Positions 53,175 through 61,943 of a stretch of DNA of 64,000 nucleotides are shown one piece after another. Position 1 is the stretch's first letter; each line of letters begins with the position of its first letter. Position numbers and translations under genes: made by a program. Under the pieces are notes generated by a model. That model searched no databases, was not told the DNA's origin, and saw nothing but the letters and a program-made list of their open reading frames with translations. Source of the DNA: Candidatus Thioglobus sp. (GTDB lineage: Bacteria; Pseudomonadota; Gammaproteobacteria; Arenicellales; UBA868); assembly GCA_004212795.1 (NCBI GenBank), contig SHBR01000001.1:11324-75323 (forward strand). The letters are read 5' to 3'.

Positions 53175-54197
53175 ATGCGTTATAAACGTGGTTTAACCGT
53201 ATCCACCTCGACGCGCACCGGTGTTTTACTGGTCAATCTCGGCACGCCAGAAGCCGCTTCAACTGGCGCGGTTCGCCGTTATCTTGGTGAATTTCTGCAC
53301 GACCATCGGGTCGTTGAACTTACCCGTTGGTTATGGTGCTGGATATTGCACGGCGTTGTTCTCCGAATTCGACCGAAGAGAAGCGCAGCGGCTTATGCCA
53401 AGATTTGGGGTGACTCGGGATCGCCGCTAATGGCGCACACCAAGGAGATGACGGCGCAACTGGCAACCCTGTTGACGACTGAGCACGGGGAGTCAGTTCA
53501 TGTTGCCATGGCGATGCGATACGGCGAACCGTCAGTTAATTCCGTGATGACCCATCTGGCCAACGAAGGCATGTCCCGACTCGTCGTGCTGCCCCTTTAC
53601 CCTCAGTTTTCCTGCAGCACATCCGCTTCAGTTTTCGATGCGGTCAACGATGTTCTGAAAAGCTGGCGCAATCTCCCCAGCACCCATCTCATACGGGACT
53701 ATCACTGTCATCACGGGTATCTCGACGCTTTAACTCAATCTGTTCATGAGCATTGGGCGAAGCATCGGAGAGGCGAGAAACTCATCATGTCATTTCACGG
53801 CACCCCGCAACGTTATTCTGATCAGGGCGATCCCTACTACGAGCAGTGTCACGCCACGGCGAAGGCATTGGCGGACCGATTAGCACTCAATCCTGATGAG
53901 TGGATGCTAACGTTCCAATCGCGATTCGGAAAAGCACCCTGGTTGACGCCCTACACGGATAAAACGCTTGAAGCGCTCCCCGCCTCAGGCACAAAAAGCG
54001 TGGACATTATCTGTCCTGGATTTGCCGCTGATTGTCTCGAAACCCTTGAAGAAATTGCCGAAGAAAATGCGGAGATTTTTGAGAAAGCCGGGGGCAACCA
54101 CTTTTCTTATATTCCGTGCCTCAATGCCCGACAAGATCACATCAAGGCGCTGTCAGAGGTCATCCGGCAGGACGTGCCAGGATGGTTCGCTACATAA
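53175..54197 (+). CDS. hemH: ferrochelatase
   Basis: LLVNLGTP, MRYG.P, PLYPQ, SFHG, FQSRFG, DCLETLEEI; start taken at ATG 53175. Confidence 0.96.
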   Translation: MRYKRGLTVSTSTRTGVLLVNLGTPEAASTGAVRRYLGEFLHDHRVVELTRWLWCWILHGVVLRIRPKRSAAAYAKIWGDSGSPLMAHTKEMTAQLATLLTTEHGESVHVAMAMRYGEPSVNSVMTHLANEGMSRLVVLPLYPQFSCSTSASVFDAVNDVLKSWRNLPSTHLIRDYHCHHGYLDALTQSVHEHWAKHRRGEKLIMSFHGTPQRYSDQGDPYYEQCHATAKALADRLALNPDEWMLTFQSRFGKAPWLTPYTDKTLEALPASGTKSVDIICPGFAADCLETLEEIAEENAEIFEKAGGNHFSYIPCLNARQDHIKALSEVIRQDVPGWFAT

Positions 54198-54203
54198 CGA
54201 GAC

Positions 54204-55049
54204 CTAGCGGACTCCAGATCGCAACTCATCAATAACGACGCCTGTTTCCGGGCGTTTTTGATGCCATATCCAGAACGATTCTGCTGCCTGCTCAACTAGC
54301 ATCCCCAAACCGTCAACCGCACTTGCGGCACCCGCGCTAGTCGCCCAGCGCATAAACGCGGTGGGTTGATCAGAATAGGCAAGATCATAAGCAATGCTCC
54401 TTGGATGAAACACCTGATCGGAAATATCAGGAAGACCACCGGTTAAGCTTGTTGCCGTCGCGTTAATGACAAGATCGAAAGACCCGGAAATATCCTCGAA
54501 AGCACATGTCTGCACTTTGTCATCTTTGGCGAGTATCGCGAGATCTTCTGCTCGGGACAACGTTCGATTTGTTAGGACTAGACGACCAATGTTACGCGAC
54601 AGAATAGGATGGAAAATCCCGCGTGCCGCGCCGCCAGCGCCGATCAGAAGTATTTCAGCGCCATCGATAGATGAATCAAGGTTACGTTCAAGATCTTCGA
54701 TAAACCCGATACCATCTGTGTTATCACCCAAGATCTGTCCATGTCGCGAAAACGACAGCGTATTAACCGCGCCGGCGAGTGCGGCTCGCTCGCTCACCTC
54801 ATCTGCCAAACGCCGCGCGGCTTCCTTAAAAGGTATTGTCACATTAAGGCCCAGAAGTCCTCCTGCCTGCAGATGATGAACCCCTTGCTCAAAAGCGATG
54901 GGGTCGAGATCGATTGCCTGATAGTCCAACGTGATACCAAACTGACGCGCAAAAGCATCATGAATGCGGGGCGATTGACTATGGCTTATCGGATGCCCGA
55001 CTACTGCGCAGCGACTTACTGTTTTTTCGAAATTAAAAATATCTTCCAC
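54204..55049 (-). CDS. aroE: shikimate dehydrogenase
   Basis: GHPISHSQSP, NVTIPFK, AVNT, NTDG.G, GAGGAA, GLGMLVEQA; GTG start. Confidence 0.96.
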   Translation of the reverse strand: MEDIFNFEKTVSRCAVVGHPISHSQSPRIHDAFARQFGITLDYQAIDLDPIAFEQGVHHLQAGGLLGLNVTIPFKEAARRLADEVSERAALAGAVNTLSFSRHGQILGDNTDGIGFIEDLERNLDSSIDGAEILLIGAGGAARGIFHPILSRNIGRLVLTNRTLSRAEDLAILAKDDKVQTCAFEDISGSFDLVINATATSLTGGLPDISDQVFHPRSIAYDLAYSDQPTAFMRWATSAGAASAVDGLGMLVEQAAESFWIWHQKRPETGVVIDELRSGVR

Positions 55050-55195
55050 CGCTGCGTTAACTCCTTTAAGTTATTAAAAAACGCCATCCATTAAGGATCG
55101 ACCCACAAACTTGTATGATTACAACCTAAACCAAATTTTAGAGGAAAGTTGACGGAAAATTTGTTGCAACCGCCCCAATAAGAACGCGTTACGTT

Positions 55196-58030
55196 ATGGA
55201 CATCCTAACCCATCAGCCAGAAATCCCGATTAACGTCGCATCAATTGTAGATGCCCATATCGATCGATTAGCCGTTATCGATGAGGCGCTTCACAGAAAA
55301 ACACCAGATCACCCCGATTTGAAATCACTCCGTCGGGTCATTGCGGGAAGCGAATTTATCGCGCGCAATCTTGAAACCACAAAAGACCTGTTGAGAGATA
55401 TCAAGGCGTCAGCCGCTCCCCGCAAACCCGGTGAGATTGCGAAAACCATTGGCACTCTCAGCGAAGACACCCCCACACTGATGTCGGAGCTTCGGCAAAT
55501 TCGCAAAATAGAAATCACTCGCCTGGGGTGGCGTGATCTGATGGGCCTTGCGCCCCTTAATGAAGTGATGTCAACCCTCTCTGAACTGGCTGACGCCTCT
55601 ATCGATGCCGCTCTTTCATGTGCGCATCAGAAAATTCGGGAACACTATGGAGATCCCATAGGCGAGGTCAGCGGCGAACCTGTACGACTCAGTGTGATCG
55701 GCTTAGGGAAACTTGGAGGACGAGAGCTCAATATGTCCTCCGATGTTGATCTCCTTTTTAGTTTCCGTGAATCTGGATATACCGATGGTTCAAAATCAAT
55801 CAGCAATCATGAGTTTTTCGTCAAAGTCGGACAACACCTGATCGACCTACTGCAAAGGCCAACCGATCAAGGAATAGTGTTCCGAGTTGATATGCGATTA
55901 CGGCCCAATGGAAATAGCGGACCCCTTGCGCTCTCTTTTGACGCGCTCGACCATTACTACCTCACGCATGGTCGAGACTGGGAGAGATATGCGCTCATTA
56001 AAGCCCGGCCCGTGGGCGGCGATATGGATGCAGGCCAGGAGCTGATTGAAAATATTCGACCCTTCATCTATCGAAAATATCTCGACTTTGGGGCCATTGA
56101 TGCCATTCGGCGCATGAAGTCCCTGATTGAGCAAGAACAGTCAAAAAAATTACTGGCCCAGAATCTCAAGCTCGGCAGAGGGGGAATTCGGGAGATTGAA
56201 TTTGTGGTCCAAAGTCACCAATTAATTTTTGGAGGACGCGACAAACGATTGCAAACCCCTAGTTTCTATCAGGCGCTTCAATTGTTGCCTGAAGCGCAGA
56301 CGCTCTCGCAAGACACCTGTCATCACCTCAAACAGGCCTATGAGTTCCTTCGCAGCATTGAGCATCGCCTACAGATCTTGGACGACCAGCAGACTCACTC
56401 CTTGCCCACCGAAGACGTGAGTCGTGCCCGCGTTGCTTTTTCCTCAGGCTTTGAATCCCCGGAGGTGCTCGAACTTGAGCTGGCTACGGTTACCGAAAAT
56501 GTGCACTCGGTGTTTCAATCTGTTTTTAATGAGGCAACTGCCGAAGGATCGGGAAAACCGAATTCTGGTTTTGAGGATCTTTGGCGGAGTGCTGTCGCTG
56601 AACAAGCGGAACCCGAGCAGATCGCTCAGCTCGGCTTTCAGGAACCTGTTCAGATTAAGTCTCTATTAGAGGGTATCCCGCGCAGTCGCTTTTATCAGGT
56701 CTTCTCACGCGAAGGTCGGGAGCGACTCGACACATTAATGCCCAAAATCCTTCAGCAGTGCCTGGCTTCCGAACATTCTGATACCGCCCTAACGCGTTCG
56801 ATATTCCTCATTCAGTCCATTGGTCGGCGATCGGCCTATCTCGCGCTTTTATCTGAGAATCCTTTGGCGTTATCACAACTCGTGCGACTCGTATGCGCGT
56901 CGAGCGAAATCAGTCAATGGATTGCAAAACATCCCGTTATTCTGGACGAACTGCTCGATCCCATTGCCACTTTTCAGGTGAAAGATCGCCTTGAAATCAC
57001 CAAAGAACTGGGTACGAAGATGGAACGAGCAGGGACGGACCTGGAGGCCGGGATGGAGGTGCTCCGTGAATTTCGGCAAGCCTATACCCTACGCGTGGCA
57101 GCAGCCGATATTGCGGGATTAATCGACACCAAAACAGTGGCTCTCTCACTTAGTGCCCTCGCCGGTGCGCTGCTTGACGAAAGCTTAAAACTCGCTGAGG
57201 CCACTCTCGACGGCGTCGAGCGGCCGAGCAACACTGAGCTTGGCATCATCGCCTATGGAAAACTTGGCAGTGAAGAATTAGGTTATCACTCAGACCTCGA
57301 CATTGTCTTCGTCTTTGATGAGTCTTCGGAAAGTGAGAACACTGAACTTTCAGCCAGACGACATTATTATCGACGCCTAGTCCAGCGACTGACACATATC
57401 CTAACCACGCGCACATCAGCAGGAGAGGTCTATGAAATCGATACCCGGCTTCGTCCTAGCGGCAATTCCGGGACCGTCGTGACCCCCTTACCTGTTTACG
57501 CCGAATACTTAAAAGAATCAGCCTGGACCTGGGAGCATCAGGCGTTAGTGCGAGCGCGACTCGTTGTCGGCCAAGAGCCTCTCCAGAGACAGTTTGGCGA
57601 TATTCGACGAGTCATTCTGTCCCAACCCCGCGACAATGAAAAACTTCATCAGGATCTGTGTCAAATGCGTCAGCGCATGAGAGATCATTATCGATCCGAG
57701 CACGCTTCGATTATTGATTTCGACCTCAAACACGATCCCGGCGGGTTGATTGATATCGAATTTTTATGTCAGTACATGATCCTTAAGCATGCCTCAGATC
57801 ATCCCGAACTGATCTCTTTTCGTGCCAATCGGCGCATTATCACGCAACTTCAGAACATCGGTCTTTTCGCCGCGGGTGACGCATCACAGCTTACGGGCGC
57901 CCTGGACATCTATCTCGCAGCCGAAAATGAAATCAAACTCAGACGCGGCGAATCTCGGGTGTCCAACGACAAGTTTGCGTCTGAACGTCAAGCCGTACAG
58001 GGCGTCTGGAAGAAATTCCTCGGGACCTAA
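55196..58030 (+). CDS. glnE: bifunctional glutamine synthetase adenylyltransferase
   Basis: Two nucleotidyltransferase domains GKLGGRELN.SSDVDL and GKLGSEELGY.SDLD; RVDMRLRP; WEHQAL. Confidence 0.96.
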   Translation: MDILTHQPEIPINVASIVDAHIDRLAVIDEALHRKTPDHPDLKSLRRVIAGSEFIARNLETTKDLLRDIKASAAPRKPGEIAKTIGTLSEDTPTLMSELRQIRKIEITRLGWRDLMGLAPLNEVMSTLSELADASIDAALSCAHQKIREHYGDPIGEVSGEPVRLSVIGLGKLGGRELNMSSDVDLLFSFRESGYTDGSKSISNHEFFVKVGQHLIDLLQRPTDQGIVFRVDMRLRPNGNSGPLALSFDALDHYYLTHGRDWERYALIKARPVGGDMDAGQELIENIRPFIYRKYLDFGAIDAIRRMKSLIEQEQSKKLLAQNLKLGRGGIREIEFVVQSHQLIFGGRDKRLQTPSFYQALQLLPEAQTLSQDTCHHLKQAYEFLRSIEHRLQILDDQQTHSLPTEDVSRARVAFSSGFESPEVLELELATVTENVHSVFQSVFNEATAEGSGKPNSGFEDLWRSAVAEQAEPEQIAQLGFQEPVQIKSLLEGIPRSRFYQVFSREGRERLDTLMPKILQQCLASEHSDTALTRSIFLIQSIGRRSAYLALLSENPLALSQLVRLVCASSEISQWIAKHPVILDELLDPIATFQVKDRLEITKELGTKMERAGTDLEAGMEVLREFRQAYTLRVAAADIAGLIDTKTVALSLSALAGALLDESLKLAEATLDGVERPSNTELGIIAYGKLGSEELGYHSDLDIVFVFDESSESENTELSARRHYYRRLVQRLTHILTTRTSAGEVYEIDTRLRPSGNSGTVVTPLPVYAEYLKESAWTWEHQALVRARLVVGQEPLQRQFGDIRRVILSQPRDNEKLHQDLCQMRQRMRDHYRSEHASIIDFDLKHDPGGLIDIEFLCQYMILKHASDHPELISFRANRRIITQLQNIGLFAAGDASQLTGALDIYLAAENEIKLRRGESRVSNDKFASERQAVQGVWKKFLGT

Positions 58031-58133
58031 CGCCCAAATCTGTATCGCGATACCGCTGACACCGGGCCAGCCGCGCTTAAGCGCAACAATGAGATAAAAT
58101 CGCCGCATTGGTAGAAAATCAACGGCAATAAAA

Positions 58134-58535
58134 TTGAACATTGGACTGGTCATCGGCTCTTTTCACAAACAGGCATGCGAGGACATGAAAAACGCCGCCT
58201 GCGCACAAGCACAACAACTGGGGCTAAATGTGACCGATATCCAGTGGGTGCCAGGATCAATGGAAAAGCCGCTGGCGGTGAAGCGATTGCTCACCCAAGT
58301 CTCGATAGACGGTGCTGTCGTCCTGGGCATTATTGAGCGAGGCGAAACCGCACATGGCCAAACCATGGGTCAAGCCGTCATACAGAGTCTTATCGATCTC
58401 CAGCTAGAGACCAATAAACCGGTTGGCATCGGTATCTTGGGGCCAGGCATCCTGCCCGAGCAGATTGCCGACCGACTCACCCCATATGCACAAGACGCTG
58501 TTCGAGCGGTGCACGCCATGTTGTCCAATCATTGA
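58134..58535 (+). CDS. ribH: 6,7-dimethyl-8-ribityllumazine synthase, atypical (archaeal-style)
   Basis: IGLVIGSF, VPGSME.PL, G.IERGETAH, KPVGIGILGPG; TTG start. Confidence 0.8.
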   Translation: MNIGLVIGSFHKQACEDMKNAACAQAQQLGLNVTDIQWVPGSMEKPLAVKRLLTQVSIDGAVVLGIIERGETAHGQTMGQAVIQSLIDLQLETNKPVGIGILGPGILPEQIADRLTPYAQDAVRAVHAMLSNH

Positions 58536-58626
58536 GCCGACGCGCACCCAAAACGTTGTCAGTTTTGTCATAATCCGGTTTGTATTTGGCGCTTCGGACT
58601 CACTCACCCTAACCTTTAAGGAAACT

Positions 58627-59550
58627 ATGATGTCTTTTTCAGATCGTGATGGCTTTATCTGGTTCGACGGTCAGATGGTGCCGTGGCGGGACGCCAAGGT
58701 TCATGTCCTCACCCATTCCCTGCATTATGGTCTTGGCTGCTTTGAGGGCGTAAGAGCTTATGAGACCGATCGTGGCACGGCGATTTTCCGGCTCGAAGAT
58801 CACACCGATCGATTCTTTCGATCGGCTCATATTCTGGGAATGAAAGTGCCCTACGACTCGAAAACCCTGAATGACGCTCAGATTGCAGTCGTTCGTGATA
58901 ATCAACTTTCTTCCGCTTACCTGCGACCCCTCGCGTTCTATGGCTCTGAAGGCATGGGTATCCGCGCCGATATGCTGGAAACGCATGTGGCAATTGCCAC
59001 CTGGGAGTGGGGCGCCTATCTAGGCGAGGATGGCCTTAAAAACGGAATCAAAGTCAGGACGTCCTCATTCACCCGCCATCATGTGAATATCACGATGTGT
59101 CGCGCAAAAGCCTGTGGCAACTACATCAACTCGATTCTCGCGTTGCAAGAAGCCGTCTCCGGCGGCGCTGATGAGGCCCTGATGCTTGACGCCTCAGGTT
59201 ATGTCATGGAGGGAACGGGGGAGAATATATTTATAATCAGGGATGGCATCGTCTACACCCCCGACCTCACCTCCGCCCTTGAAGGCATCACTCGCGACAC
59301 GATCATCCAATTGATCAAAGAAGCCGGCATGAGCCTTGTTGAAAAACGAATCACCCGTGACGAGGTGTACATTTGCGATGAAGCTTTCTTTACCGGTACT
59401 GCTGCAGAAGTCACGCCGATTCGCGAGCTCGACGGTCGGCAGATCGGTAGCGGCACGCGTGGCCCCATTACGGAGTTAATTCAAAGCCGTTATTTTGACT
59501 GCGTCCACGGTCGTGACACGCTCCATGATGACTGGCTAACCTTCATCTAA
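58627..59550 (+). CDS. ilvE: branched-chain amino acid aminotransferase
   Basis: HSLHYG.GCFEG.RAY, AK..GNY, EG.GENIF, LEGITR, TGTAAEVTP. Confidence 0.96.
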   Translation: MMSFSDRDGFIWFDGQMVPWRDAKVHVLTHSLHYGLGCFEGVRAYETDRGTAIFRLEDHTDRFFRSAHILGMKVPYDSKTLNDAQIAVVRDNQLSSAYLRPLAFYGSEGMGIRADMLETHVAIATWEWGAYLGEDGLKNGIKVRTSSFTRHHVNITMCRAKACGNYINSILALQEAVSGGADEALMLDASGYVMEGTGENIFIIRDGIVYTPDLTSALEGITRDTIIQLIKEAGMSLVEKRITRDEVYICDEAFFTGTAAEVTPIRELDGRQIGSGTRGPITELIQSRYFDCVHGRDTLHDDWLTFI

Positions 59551-59566
59551 ACCGAGTCTTTTGATC

Positions 59567-59779
59567 ATGAACGAATCAGTCCTTAATAAGGGCAATCACA
59601 AAAATCGACAGGACGTTGTACATCGGATCTATTCGGAAGATCTGCCGCTGCACTGCCCACCCGATAATACCGAACTCTGGAGTCAGCACCCCCGGGTTTT
59701 TCTTCCAATTGCCCCCGGTCAAACCGCCCTTTGCCCTTACTGTGGAAATCAGTTCTTTCTACCCAAGGGTGACACTTAG
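59567..59779 (+). CDS. zf-CHCC zinc-finger protein
   Basis: LPLHCP...WSQHPRVFL...CPYC; commonly found next to ilvE. Confidence 0.82.
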   Translation: MNESVLNKGNHKNRQDVVHRIYSEDLPLHCPPDNTELWSQHPRVFLPIAPGQTALCPYCGNQFFLPKGDT

Positions 59780-59799
59780 CGCCATCACGCAGGCGCACT

Positions 59800-60852
59800 G
59801 TGGACACCCCTTCAAAAACTCTCGTCATCGGCCCCGCCTGGGTCGGCGATATGGTGATGGCGCAAAGCTTGTGCAGTTATCTTAAAGCTCAAGATCCTGG
59901 CATTAAAATTTCAATCGTCGCACCAGCAAATACCGCCCCGATAGCCAAACGAATGCCGGCGGTGCATGACGTGATCGAAACAACGTTTGCACACGGACGC
60001 CTTCATCTCAAAGCGAGATGGCGTATCGGCCATTCATTGAAAAAGCAGCGCTTCAGCCAGGCATTCGTTCTACCCGGGTCCCTCAAAGCCGCTTTGGTCC
60101 CTTTTTTTGCCGCGATCCCGTTACGCACGGGCTATTCCGGAGAGCCGAGATGGGGGCTCATCAATGATTGTCATCCCAAACCACGACATAAACGGGATCT
60201 GATGGTTGATCGATTTATCGATCTAGCGCGAACGAAACCATCGATACGGAAAACTGCTTTTCCCGCGCCGCAGCTTGAAGCCGATCTATCAGCACCTCAA
60301 ACAATATTTAGACGACTTAATAAAAAAATTAAATCGCGGCCCGTTCTCGCACTGTGTCCGGGCGCTGAATTTGGCCCCGCAAAACAATGGCCTCCTGCAT
60401 CGTTTGCCAGCCTCGCGAATCACGCCACGGCACACGGATGGCAAGTTTGGCTAATGGGCGGACCTGGTGATCAAAAAATTGCAAACGAAATCATGGCGTC
60501 TTGCCAAGCAACAACTGCGGTCATTAACCTAGTCGGACAAACCACGATTGTGGAGGCCATCGACCTGTTAGCATCTGCCGATGCGGTTGTGAGTAACGAC
60601 TCAGGCCTTATGCATATAGCGGCTGCGACCAATACCCCTGTTGTTGGAATTTTTGGCTCTTCCAGCGAGCAGCATACGCCTCCGCTTGGCGACAATACGA
60701 CTTCGATTTTTAACTCGATCGACTGCCGACCCTGTTTTGCCCGGCACTGCCCGCTTGGGCATACCAGATGTCTCTCTGAGCTACGTGCTGATAAAGTGAT
60801 TAACGCGCTCGCCAAACTGCTGGCTCATTCCTCACCCCAGCTCACGATATAA
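59800..60852 (+). CDS. waaF: LPS heptosyltransferase II
   Basis: GPAWVGDMVMAQ, CPGAEFGPAKQW, SNDSGLMH, CRPCFARHCPLGH. Confidence 0.95.
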   Translation: MDTPSKTLVIGPAWVGDMVMAQSLCSYLKAQDPGIKISIVAPANTAPIAKRMPAVHDVIETTFAHGRLHLKARWRIGHSLKKQRFSQAFVLPGSLKAALVPFFAAIPLRTGYSGEPRWGLINDCHPKPRHKRDLMVDRFIDLARTKPSIRKTAFPAPQLEADLSAPQTIFRRLNKKIKSRPVLALCPGAEFGPAKQWPPASFASLANHATAHGWQVWLMGGPGDQKIANEIMASCQATTAVINLVGQTTIVEAIDLLASADAVVSNDSGLMHIAAATNTPVVGIFGSSSEQHTPPLGDNTTSIFNSIDCRPCFARHCPLGHTRCLSELRADKVINALAKLLAHSSPQLTI

Positions 60853-60879
60853 TTTCAAAAAATCTAACGAGGCCGCCTT

Positions 60880-61902
60880 TTGTCTTCTTCCCCTCTCAAT
60901 ATTCTCGTCACAGGCGGAGCCGGATATATCGGCTCTCACACCGCCCATCAACTGATCGACGCCGGGCATCGTGTCACCGTAGTCGATACGCTTTATAGCG
61001 GACATCTTTGGGCGATTCCCGAAAACGCTGCTTTTCACCAGATCGATGCCGGTAATCGAGAGGGTATGCTTGAAATCATGCGCGCTAACACTTTCGACGC
61101 GATTATTCATTTTGCCGGCCATATCGTGGTTCCGGAGTCGGTTGAGAATCCAGGCAAGTATTACCAAAATAACGTAGTGGCCTCTTTCAATCTGATTGAA
61201 TGTGCGCAAAAAAGTGGTATCGGGTTATTTGTGTTTTCATCCAGCGCGGCTGTTTACGGAAATCCGCCGTCAATTCCGGTGAACGAGAATGCGCCCTTGG
61301 CGCCGATTAATCCTTATGGCCGAACAAAACTGATCACCGAATGGACTCTGCAGGATATCGCTTCAGGGTCGAGCAGTAACAAGCCGCTTCGATACGTCGC
61401 GCTTCGCTATTTCAATGTGGCGGGCGCTCAAATTGAGGGTCATTTGGGCCAGTCGACGCCTGAGGCTACTCATCTTATTAAAGTCGCTTGTGAGGCGGCA
61501 TGCCAAAAACGCTCAGGCGTTGAGATTTTTGGCACCGATTACGATACGCCAGACGGCACATGCATCCGCGATTACATTCATGTCGAAGATCTAGCTGCTG
61601 CTCACCTGAAGGCACTTGATTATCTTGGAGCCGGTGAACCATCAACCATCATCAACTGTGGTTATGGGCATGGATATAGCGTCCGGCAAGTTCTTGATAC
61701 GGTGCAGGAAATTAACGGGTCAGATTTTCCAATTCAAGAGTCCAACAGACGATCGGGCGACCCGGCCCAACTCATTGCAGACAATCAGAAGATTCGTGAT
61801 CTGCTCCAGTGGAAGCCTCGTTATGACAGTCTCGAAGTAATCTGTGAAACGGCGTTGAACTGGGAGCGAAACGGCAATCAATCCGTTTCGATAACAAGGT
61901 AA
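60880..61902 (+). CDS. galE: UDP-glucose 4-epimerase
   Basis: TGGAGYIGSH, FSSSAAVYG, YGRTK, LRYFN, DGTCIRDYIHV. Confidence 0.96.
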   Translation: MSSSPLNILVTGGAGYIGSHTAHQLIDAGHRVTVVDTLYSGHLWAIPENAAFHQIDAGNREGMLEIMRANTFDAIIHFAGHIVVPESVENPGKYYQNNVVASFNLIECAQKSGIGLFVFSSSAAVYGNPPSIPVNENAPLAPINPYGRTKLITEWTLQDIASGSSSNKPLRYVALRYFNVAGAQIEGHLGQSTPEATHLIKVACEAACQKRSGVEIFGTDYDTPDGTCIRDYIHVEDLAAAHLKALDYLGAGEPSTIINCGYGHGYSVRQVLDTVQEINGSDFPIQESNRRSGDPAQLIADNQKIRDLLQWKPRYDSLEVICETALNWERNGNQSVSITR

Positions 61903-61943
61903 ACTATTGTGCTATCAACAAACCCTTCAACAGGGTTATCGCC

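Noticed and set aside
44565-58626. Extended N-termini in the ORF track for fis, hemF, waaA, nadA, hemH and ilvE
   Set aside because: Most extensions overlap upstream genes and all lack family similarity, so downstream starts were chosen.
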